Below, piece after piece: positions 37,601 through 45,600 of a DNA stretch of 64,000 bases (position 1 is the stretch's first letter; each line of letters begins with the position of its first letter). The stretch spans positions 1,146 through 65,145 of the forward strand of contig SVRI01000012.1 in assembly GCA_015064895.1 (NCBI GenBank), written 5' to 3'. A program made the position numbers and the translations under genes. The stretch is from Oscillospiraceae bacterium. Its GTDB lineage: Bacteria > Bacillota > Clostridia > Oscillospirales > CAG-382. Below the pieces are notes generated by a model. That model searched no databases, had not been told where the DNA came from, and saw only the letters and a program-made list of their open reading frames with translations.

Positions 37601-37850
37601 TTCACCGGCACCGCATCTTACATGCTGTGTTCAGGAAAATGCCGAGGTTTATAATAACTGTGCAATTGAAACAGCCTCATATATAAACGGAACGGAGACT
37701 GTTTATTCAGAGGATGATTATTCGCCGGAAACTGTTGTTGCAAAGATGAATCAGGGCAGGGTAAAGGCGAGTATGATGGCAGGTGTACCTGTTTCGTCAC
37801 TTAATGAGTGGAATGCTGATGGAAACGGAAAGCTTGATTTTGTAAAATAA
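34620..37850 (+). CDS. lipoprotein C (1076 aa): alkaline phosphatase domain fused to two GLUG-type beta-helix modules and a Big_2 domain
   Basis: Lipobox-like LTMASC. PhoA-type catalytic set: LIPDGAGYG, TDSAAAGTA (Ser nucleophile), EGSKVDTGGH (E-x4-D-x3-H), APDHDTGG and GSHT. GLUG-type module openers are DDPFIIDEAWDFIEFT...YFLQVSDIDL...FAGMYNGNGKTI and ARPYLINNEQDFLAFT...YRQTKDLDM...FNGIYDGKGYTI. Big_2 segment is VVVTPSSATVNRGDGLQLSAVV. Confidence 0.85.
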   Translation: MMKKIVALMLALLTALTMASCKKEEKKPQAPAPVADEVKEEQVEQKVEIKNIIFLIPDGAGYGSFDFANDVKAEGGFNSQKYPNKTYTSFSAMSMKKYLAGSIMTLNCNGDITDSAAAGTALSSGYKTINQYVGVDKTGKPRATILEAAQTKGMATGLVATYEWMHATPAAFSSHVINRNDYKNIYEQIENQNIDVVLGSGYGAVSSYATIDNAVENGYTVVTTREDLESVKPGDRIWGNCTNNSSPYDINLTAEQPTLAQMTKAAITALSDDEDGFFLMVEGSKVDTGGHANDAVVVASEYLAFDAAFKVAVDFAKKRNDTVVIAAPDHDTGGLKYSEIEDIMSVVNEVRSGTDSDVIKWESGSHTAQNVGVWIYVPEGTPFIEGLNSTVGDTPETRENYVVENSTLSPYLASLLGVNLDEVSKELFVDVTDIGRYSSDSGKFSFNNGNKYVYRNSDEYYKDGEKISTNGKVAVEVAGRFYVPSEMIDEDDWNYLSEEGSSEMGGSGTADDPFIIDEAWDFIEFTERVAGGETYEGKYFLQVSDIDLTKRTDFKGAGAECQFAGMYNGNGKTISVDLVAENDECVFPEIAGTLINVHVDGKIKSENASGNAVTGGIARSVAASGEILNCSSDVEISGCNVYGIVGTNNGYVGMCYFGGTLEGTGDVFVISSNSDGGVIEKCYYSDSLSAYGQDGAEAVTTELAQTTVEILNGGRTALVAASGEDKMCLWRVSEEDGMPEMYMPAPRVTDVVVTPSSATVNRGDGLQLSAVVQGEYGPSQQVIWSLESSAGGSESVVYEDGYLYVDVNESAQSLTVMAKSATDGSVTGICTVTVGETVLSEADGTRARPYLINNEQDFLAFTNEIISGDSKSGLYYRQTKDLDMSAVPEYNGIQSTHSFNGIYDGKGYTIKVAIESESDNSLFGSCRGMIMNVRTEGTVVGTANPAGICRAVRDNGIVVNCISDCDITGGTEASGIVRSNYHLVANTFFTGKLSSPAPHLTCCVQENAEVYNNCAIETASYINGTETVYSEDDYSPETVVAKMNQGRVKASMMAGVPVSSLNEWNADGNGKLDFVK

Positions 37851-37853
37851 ATA

Positions 37854-37886
37854 AAATCCCGCACGCTGAGGTGCGGGATTTTTTTG
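37854..37886 (+). terminator. intrinsic terminator
   Basis: AAATCCCGCACgctgagGTGCGGGATTT followed by a T-run. Confidence 0.8.
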
Positions 37887-37944
37887 TATAAATTTCAAGA
37901 GCATAAGAACCATAAAAGTGCTAAAAAAATATGAAAAATGGATA

Positions 37945-37973
37945 TTTACATATTGTGCAAATTGTGATACAAT
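37945..37973 (+). promoter_or_regulatory. sigma-A promoter with extended -10
   Basis: TTTACA, 17-nt spacer ending in TGa, then TACAAT. Same architecture as the promoter at 34570. Confidence 0.5.
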
Positions 37974-38029
37974 GATAGTAATTAAAATTGTGACTTTTTA
38001 ACAAAGTTCATAAAAAAGGAGAATGCTTT

Positions 38030-41000
38030 ATGAAAACCAGAGCTCTCAAAATAGTATCATTTCTTCTGGTAATCTGTATGATTTGCATGGGCATGCCCAT
38101 GACGGCTTTTGCGGTACCTTCTGCTGTAACTGTTGTTGAATCAGCACAGGAAGTGACGGCAAACGATTCCGAAGAAATTGCTACCGGAGAAGCTGCGGCA
38201 GAGACGACACCGCAGATCAAAAACATTATTTACCTCATTCCCGACGGTGCCGGATACGGTTCTTTGGATTTTTCCAATGACGTAAAGCAGGCAGGCGGTT
38301 TTGATGATGCGAAATTCCCCTATAAGACACCTGTAGACGATAGTCCCATGACACTTTTTGACTATCACGCAGGCTCTATGGTTACGCTCAATATTTATAA
38401 TGCCATGACAGACTCGGCTGCTGCCGGCACTGCTCTTTCGACGGGTTATAGGACAGTCAATAACTATCTCGGTCTTGACAGAAGAAAGATGCCCCATGCA
38501 AACCTTACTGAAGCTGCTCAGTCGGTAGGTAAGGCGACGGGTCTTGTTTCTACATATGAATGGCCTCATGCAACACCTGCTTCCTTTGCAGCTCATGCAA
38601 TTCAGAGAACAGACTATGCTGATTTCTACCGTCAGATTGAAAACAAGAATCTTCAGGTAGTTCTCGGTAATGGCTACGGCTCTGTTGCGGCCTACGGTGC
38701 TACAATGCAGACGGCTATTGATAACGGTTATACAATCGTTAAGACAAAGGCAGAGATGGCGGCTGTACAGCCCGGTGATAAAATCTGGGGTAATGTATGC
38801 GAAACAAGCTTTGACTTTGATATTTATAACGGTGCGGATACATCCACTCTTGCCGAAATGACACAGGCGGCGATCACCGCACTTTCCGGTGATGAAGACG
38901 GCTTCTTCCTTATGGTAGAAGGTTCAAAAGTTGATACAGGCGGACACTCCAACAACACAGCACAGATGTCCTCCGACTATATTGCATTTGATGAAGCTTT
39001 CAAGGTTGCGGTAGAATTTGCAAAGTCTAGAACTGATACGGTTGTAGTTGCAGTTCCCGACCACGATACAGGCGGTCTTTACTATGATACACTTGTTGCT
39101 TCCAGTAATCTTGCTACAGCAGTCGCCGAAACACAGCAGGGTAACAACTCTACTCTTGTTACTTGGGAATCCGGCTCTCATACAACACAGGAAGTTCCTT
39201 TCTGGTGCTACTATCCCGAAGGAATTACAGGTATTGAAGGTGCGGCAGAACCCGGTCGTGACTACTATGTTGATGAAAACGGCAACAAGAACCCTGTAAG
39301 AACAGAAAACGTAATTGATAACACGGATATTGCTCCCTGGTGTGCTTCTTTAATGGGCGTTGACCTTGATGAGCTTACAAATAACCTTTTCGTAAATGTT
39401 ACCGATATCGGTCTTTACGATGCGGCAACACAGAAGTTCACCTTTAATAACGGCGATAAGTACGCATATAAGGATCAGGCTGTTTACTATGAAAACGGCG
39501 TAAAGAAAGATATGTTCGGTCAGATGATTGTTATTGAGGAAACAGTTTATGTTCCCCGTGAAATCATCGACGAAGAAGACTGGAACTATGTAACGGAAGA
39601 CTTTGACGGCGTTACGGGTGCAGGTACTGAATCCGACCCATATGTTATCGACGATGCTTGGGACTTTATGGAGTTTACCAATAATGTTGTCGCCGGTGAC
39701 AGCTATGAAGGCAAGTATATCATTCAGGGTGCCGATATTGACCTTTCCAATAAGAACACATACACAGGTATGGGTACAGCTACCTTCAAGGGTAACTATG
39801 ACGGTAGAGGTTATACATTGAATGTTGCAATTTCCGCAACAGGAAGTAATGCCGCAACAGTCTTTGGCGTAAATGAAGGAAGAATTATGAATGTCGGTAT
39901 AACCGGTTCTCTCAGCGCTGAAAATGCACACGCTGCATCTTTTGTTTACAGAAACGGCTACGGAACAATACTTAACTGTTATTCCCTTGCCAATGTTACA
40001 ACTTCCGGCGACGGATATTCTAATGGTCTTATTTTCCAGAACTATGCTTCCATAAATAACTGCTATTTCGGCGGTACTGCAAAGACTGCCTCCACAAGCT
40101 GTAACAGTGAGGGCGAGTTCCTTAATGTATACTATGTTGAAACAGCAGGTTCTCAGATAAATAACGGCACAGGCGTTTCGGCAGAGGTTGCAAAGACAAC
40201 ACTTGCAGATACACTTAATTCCAAGCTTGATGAGCTTATTTCCACCTACGGTCTCGGTGAAGATGCTCTTAATAAGTGGACATATATTGGCGGTATTGAC
40301 TATCCTGTTCTCAAGGTAAAGACACCTGAAGTAACGGGTATTACGGTAACTCCAACAGCGGCAACCGTAAAACGCGGCGAATCCACAACACTCAAACCTA
40401 CCGTTCTCGGTATCTACAATCCTCCGCAGGATGTTGTATGGAATGTAAGCCCCGCAGCCACAAGTAAGGAGACAAAGTTCTATGAAGACGGCTTCTTCAA
40501 GATTGGTGCTGATGAAACTGTTTCTCAGTTCACAATTCAGGTTAAGGCTGCATACGGCGGTGCATATACAGCAACTGCTGTTGTAACTGTTGACCTTGCA
40601 TCTGACCCCGTAGTTAAGGAAGACGGTTCAAGAACTCATCCTTACCTTATTGAAACAGAAGAAGACTTTATCGAATTTACAGAAAATGTAAACAGCGGTA
40701 ACCAGTACAGTAATAAATACTTAAAGCAGACAAGAGACCTTGACCTTGACGGCTATGACGAATATAAGGGCAGATACACAGAAACCTACTTTACAGGTAT
40801 TTACGACGGAGACGGTCATACAATCAATGTAAATATTTATGTTGAACGTGATGAAGATAAGCAGTATGATGATATTTGTCTCTTTGGTTATATTTCAAGT
40901 GCAAGAATTTTGAATCTTGGTGTAACAGGTTCAATCAAGGCACCGGGTTACGTTTCAACATTTGCAAGAAATATGTCTTCGGCTTCACTTATTGCAAACT

Positions 41001-42463
41001 GCTGGAGTACAGTTCATGTAGAATCAATAGCCAAGGGCTTCGGCACACATCCCGGTAACGATGCTTCCGGCTTTGTACGTTCACCCTACGGCGGTGCATT
41101 TGTAAACAGCTACTTTGCAGGTGAGCTTATTTCTCCCGGCGGAACATCTCATCCTCTCGGCGGTTCGGGTTCGGATTATAAGGCAGTTTACTATAACTGT
41201 GCATATCTCGGACAGGTTTCTTTTGATGATGAAGAACAGGCGGAAATTACAGAAGAAGAACTCGAAGGTCTTGCATATAAGTTCAATGCAGGCATAGCAG
41301 AGTCGGCAAAGGTTGCAACAAGCTCCAACTCCAAGGGTTATGTTTATGTTCCTGCAATGTTCCGTGAATGGTTCGATGAAATCGGCGGTCCAAGACACGG
41401 TGCAAGAGATGATGCGGCACGTTTCAATAAAGAATTCAGCGGGGATAAATCCTTTGAAGAAGTTGTAATCGGTTCTGATGTTGAAATCAAGGCAAACGGC
41501 AATGTGATTTCAATCGACAGCCTTACTGTTAAGGAAGACTCGGCTCTCCACCTTGGACAGGGTACATATGTACTCGGAGATGTTACAGGTACAGTAACAG
41601 CATCTCCAAATGCAAACGTACTTGTTACAGGCGCAAATAAGCCCGAGGGGTATGTTGAACTTGATATCGGTACAGCTTCAGGTTCAAGATATGCCGAGGT
41701 TAACGGCTATCAGTACGATATCGTTGAAAACAGCGGTAAGTACGGTGTGATTACCGACAAGAATATGCTTATTCAGGTTGTTGAAAAGCCTGAGGCTTCA
41801 CTCTTTGCCGAAGAAGAATATGAAACAACAGGTACAAAGTACTATTATGTTGATGCTGAAAACGGCACATCCACTGAGCTTACATCACTTGATGGCTATA
41901 TGGCAAACTACAACAAGTATTCTATAAGAATGCCCGACCAAAGATTGAGTAATACGGCACTTCGTTTCAGAGCTCAGATTTCAAAGACATCAAAAGATGA
42001 AACTGACGAGTATGTAATTGATGAATACGGTTATATTATTACTCTTGAAGAAAAGCTCAGTAATAACGACTATTCACAGCTCAACTTTGACTTTACAATT
42101 CCCGGTAAGACAGCATACGTATACGGTGCTGCATATGTAAAGGGAAGCGTAGATAAAGTGTATGGACAAGATGATGAAGTAGCTGAGTTTGCAGCTGCAT
42201 TCCATGGTATTCCTACATTGGCATACGGTAAGAGAATTGTCGCAAAGACATATACAAAGGTAACTGTAAACGGCGAACAGTTTGTACTTTACGGTGAACC
42301 TATGGTAACAAGTGCTTATTCTGTTGCCAAGGAACTCGTAGACAGCGGCTCTGTTTCCGAAAGCGATGAAACTTATGGCTGCATCAAAGATATTATTGAT
42401 GCAACTACAGATGAAGGCTTCGGTAATGAAGCGGGCGGCGATACAGGAGACCTTTGGAACTGA
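38030..42463 (+). CDS. giant secreted mosaic protein D (1477 aa): alkaline phosphatase, two GLUG-type modules, Big_2, and the C-terminal modules shared with A and B
   Basis: RBS AAAGGAG. Signal peptide ending MTAFA. Phosphatase motifs LIPDGAGYG, TDSAAAGTA, EGSKVDTGGH, VPDHDTGG and GSHT. GLUG-type openers SDPYVIDDAWDFMEFT... and THPYLIETEEDFIEFT.... The C-terminal roughly 330 aa is collinear with the tails of A and B. Confidence 0.85.
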   Translation: MKTRALKIVSFLLVICMICMGMPMTAFAVPSAVTVVESAQEVTANDSEEIATGEAAAETTPQIKNIIYLIPDGAGYGSLDFSNDVKQAGGFDDAKFPYKTPVDDSPMTLFDYHAGSMVTLNIYNAMTDSAAAGTALSTGYRTVNNYLGLDRRKMPHANLTEAAQSVGKATGLVSTYEWPHATPASFAAHAIQRTDYADFYRQIENKNLQVVLGNGYGSVAAYGATMQTAIDNGYTIVKTKAEMAAVQPGDKIWGNVCETSFDFDIYNGADTSTLAEMTQAAITALSGDEDGFFLMVEGSKVDTGGHSNNTAQMSSDYIAFDEAFKVAVEFAKSRTDTVVVAVPDHDTGGLYYDTLVASSNLATAVAETQQGNNSTLVTWESGSHTTQEVPFWCYYPEGITGIEGAAEPGRDYYVDENGNKNPVRTENVIDNTDIAPWCASLMGVDLDELTNNLFVNVTDIGLYDAATQKFTFNNGDKYAYKDQAVYYENGVKKDMFGQMIVIEETVYVPREIIDEEDWNYVTEDFDGVTGAGTESDPYVIDDAWDFMEFTNNVVAGDSYEGKYIIQGADIDLSNKNTYTGMGTATFKGNYDGRGYTLNVAISATGSNAATVFGVNEGRIMNVGITGSLSAENAHAASFVYRNGYGTILNCYSLANVTTSGDGYSNGLIFQNYASINNCYFGGTAKTASTSCNSEGEFLNVYYVETAGSQINNGTGVSAEVAKTTLADTLNSKLDELISTYGLGEDALNKWTYIGGIDYPVLKVKTPEVTGITVTPTAATVKRGESTTLKPTVLGIYNPPQDVVWNVSPAATSKETKFYEDGFFKIGADETVSQFTIQVKAAYGGAYTATAVVTVDLASDPVVKEDGSRTHPYLIETEEDFIEFTENVNSGNQYSNKYLKQTRDLDLDGYDEYKGRYTETYFTGIYDGDGHTINVNIYVERDEDKQYDDICLFGYISSARILNLGVTGSIKAPGYVSTFARNMSSASLIANCWSTVHVESIAKGFGTHPGNDASGFVRSPYGGAFVNSYFAGELISPGGTSHPLGGSGSDYKAVYYNCAYLGQVSFDDEEQAEITEEELEGLAYKFNAGIAESAKVATSSNSKGYVYVPAMFREWFDEIGGPRHGARDDAARFNKEFSGDKSFEEVVIGSDVEIKANGNVISIDSLTVKEDSALHLGQGTYVLGDVTGTVTASPNANVLVTGANKPEGYVELDIGTASGSRYAEVNGYQYDIVENSGKYGVITDKNMLIQVVEKPEASLFAEEEYETTGTKYYYVDAENGTSTELTSLDGYMANYNKYSIRMPDQRLSNTALRFRAQISKTSKDETDEYVIDEYGYIITLEEKLSNNDYSQLNFDFTIPGKTAYVYGAAYVKGSVDKVYGQDDEVAEFAAAFHGIPTLAYGKRIVAKTYTKVTVNGEQFVLYGEPMVTSAYSVAKELVDSGSVSESDETYGCIKDIIDATTDEGFGNEAGGDTGDLWN

Positions 42464-42483
42464 TATAGTCAGAATTAAAATTT

Positions 42484-42516
42484 TCCGCACTCACACGGTG
42501 GGTGCGGAGTTTTTTT
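42484..42516 (+). terminator. intrinsic terminator
   Basis: TCCGCAC...GTGCGGA stem followed by GTTTTTTT. Confidence 0.75.
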
Positions 42517-42547
42517 GCAGATTATTGTAAATAAATAAGATAAATAC

Positions 42548-42576
42548 TTGCAAAATTCGTAGAAAGATGATATGAT
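42548..42576 (+). promoter_or_regulatory. sigma-A promoter with extended -10
   Basis: TTGCAA, 17-nt spacer ending in TGa, then TATGAT. It is 57 nt upstream of the ATG at 42634, which has an AAGGAG RBS. Confidence 0.5.
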
Positions 42577-42633
42577 AATTTTGTATACTTATGGATAATG
42601 GATAAAAATGCTGATTAAAGGAGAAAACAAGGG

Positions 42634-45600
42634 ATGAATAACGGTTTAAAGCCGTCAAAGGTAACAGTAAACATTGAAACAATGCCGTATTTTTCGGCAT
42701 CAATAGCGGATATGCGCATATCACCCGTAATAAGGTTGGTACTGGGCACGCCGGAGGCTGCAAAAAGCGGCAGACTTGAAATCAGTATAGTTGGTAAATG
42801 CAGGGATGTTGAATTTATACGCCGTGCAGATTTTGTCAAGGAAAATTTTAATACAGAGTCTTATAATTTAAAGAATACTCTTTCCTGTAATATCGATTTT
42901 GACTTTGACAGCTTTGAATATGACAATGCTTTTCTTAACAGCCTTGAAGAAGAAACAATGGCTGAAATCTATGTTCTCGTAAACTATTGCGGAACAGAAT
43001 ATGTTACCAAATCCCATATATCCCTTTTGCCTGCCGATACATGGCTCGGACTTGACGGTGAGCCCTCCGTTATTGCTTCTTTTGTAAAAGAAGATGAAAC
43101 TGTATGCGGCATATGTGACTCCTTGTGTGAAGATGAAAAAATCAGCTATAGCGTAAATTCCAAAAAGACCATAACAGCAGCAATCAAAGAGCTTTATAAA
43201 AGACTCAAAAATTGTAATATTATTTATACGCGTCCTGTCGGCTATGCTGCCAATGTCAAGCAGCAGATAAGAAGTGCAGATGTGATTTTCGGTGGCAGCA
43301 GCGTGCTTGCCACACCCCTTGAAATTGCAACCGTGTTTTCTTCATGCGCAAGAAAAATCGGTTTCGACACCTCACTTTTGTTTGTCAGAGGAAAAAAAGG
43401 TGAAATCTCGGTGCTTTGCGGCATTTACTTGGTAAAGAGCCCTGTAAATGTTCCTGTTTATGAAGATGCAGAAAGAATTAAGGCTATGCTTGACGCAGGT
43501 GACATGCTTGTTGTTGACCCGTCTGTTTTTGCTGCAGCACAGAACACGTCTCTTGTAATGGCGCTTGAACAGGCAGCAGAGTATTTTACAAAGAATCTCA
43601 GCAGCCTTGTATGCATGGTTGATATAGAATGTGCTAAAAGAAGCACCGGCGAAGCCGCTTATGACGAATTGGCATCACTTCCCGTAAAAAACGCCATGGC
43701 AAGAGTATACTCGTCTCTTGTGTCTGCACCCGTGATGCAGGTGCTTTCAGGTAAAAAGCGTGAAGAAATAGAAGAGATTCCGCTTTTGCTGGCTGATTTT
43801 GATTCGGTATTCAGAAACAATAATGACAGATTCAAACTTTTGCCGCTTGATTTTAATGTTGACCTTACCGATTTTGCGGCGATTGATAAAGATTTTTCTT
43901 CCATACTTACAATGTCATCACCCAAGGCGGGACAGCATTTCAGTCAAAATGAACTTGTAAGAATAAGAGAAAGATTTTCAAGACTCAAGGAAAAGATTAC
44001 CCGTGACGGTGAAATTACCACATCCTATTCCGAAGAGACGCTTTACAGATACGCGTCTGCCATGACCTTTGGCAAAAATAAAAGAGAACCTTATTTTGCC
44101 TTCGGATATGTAAAAATAACCGATAAGCTTACTGAAAGTGTAAGCTTTGCTCCTATTTGCCTTGTCAGGGCAAACCTTGAGTATGAAAACGGTAACTTCT
44201 ATGTAAATCAGATTGGTAACCCCATTGTCAATAAGGTGTTTATAAGAAATGCATTAAAGGATTCTGCACTTGGCTATGATTCCTTTATGAAATCTCTAAT
44301 GCCAACCGATAAAACAGAAATATTCGACATGTTTGAAAATATCCGTGTTGCACTTATGGAAACGGACGACAGACATGTTTATGAAATAGTAAGGGAAGCA
44401 CATATCGTAAATTTAGAAATTGATGACTATGTGCTCTGGTCAAATCTTGCACTTCTCAGAAAGAAGATGTCGGGCTCTGAAAATGTGTCCCGTGTGTTTG
44501 AGGATAAATTTGCTCAAGATGAGCAACTTGACCTTTCATATTCACCGTCAATGCCTTTGTATTCTCAGGCAATGAAGGCGGTAGTCAATGAAACAAGCAT
44601 GGTTGTTGAGGGTGCGTTTACTGCCGAAAAAGAAAATGTGCTTGTTGCACAGGCAGCAAAGAATATATTTGCGGGAAAGAGCACACTTGTTGTCACCGAT
44701 GACATGGAAATGTCGGAATATGTTTACGGCTTGCTTTGCGAAAAGAACTTTTCTGATGTTGCATTTGTGCTTGATGAAAGCGGAAAAGCGGAAGGTGCCG
44801 TAAAGAAAATTGCAGATAATATTGAAAAGTATAATAAGGAAGAAGATAACGGCATTGCTTTTGTAAATCCTGAGCTTTTGGAAGCAAATAAGGTTCTTCT
44901 TGATTATACAGACCGTATAAACAGAAAGCATAGCATGGGTATGTCGCTCAAGGAGGCGGAAATAGCATATCTTTCTGCAAGTGCAGGTACTGTTGAAAAC
45001 GATGATATTCCCATTGATAAAAAGATTTTCGAGTATGCCGATGAAAGCAAGCTTGATAACATATTCGAAAGGGTAGGAGAGCTTATAACAATAGCGGGAA
45101 ATCTCTGTAAAAAGAGTGGACTTCCCACACATACACCCCTTAAGAACCATCCTCTTTTCAATACAAATCCCCGTGATGATATTGATGAAGAAGTAAAGGC
45201 TCAAATCAGAACTGCAATAGAAAACACACTTCCCGTGCTTTCCGAATACAGAGATGTATTCCTTGATGTAAATGAAATACTCGGCTTTGATGAAAGAGAC
45301 CTTGATTCCTTCTATAAGCTGGAAAAACTCAATGATTTGTATAAACTGGTTCTCACTGCAAGAGATATTGACATACCCGAAAAGTTTGTTGAAAGCGATA
45401 TTGCAGATTTCTCAAAGAGTAAGCGTTTTGAAACAGAAAATAAAAAGCGTATGGAAGCAATCGAGTTTAAGCTCAATTTCTTCAGCCATGAAATTTTTGA
45501 AGATGTTGAAACACTTCTTCGAGGAGATGTTTATGACGAGGAAGAAGAAAAGGGCTTCCTCAAGAAGTTTATGCTTAAGAAAAACAGTCATGAAACGCTT

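Noticed and set aside
43200-43440. Transglutaminase-like core in the N-terminal region of the 1651-aa protein (…VLATPLEIATVFSSCARKIGFDTSLLFVRG…).
   Set aside because: The spacing vaguely resembles a transglutaminase core with the catalytic Cys missing, but the match rests on a few hydrophobic positions only. It is too weak to claim without a profile or structure comparison.
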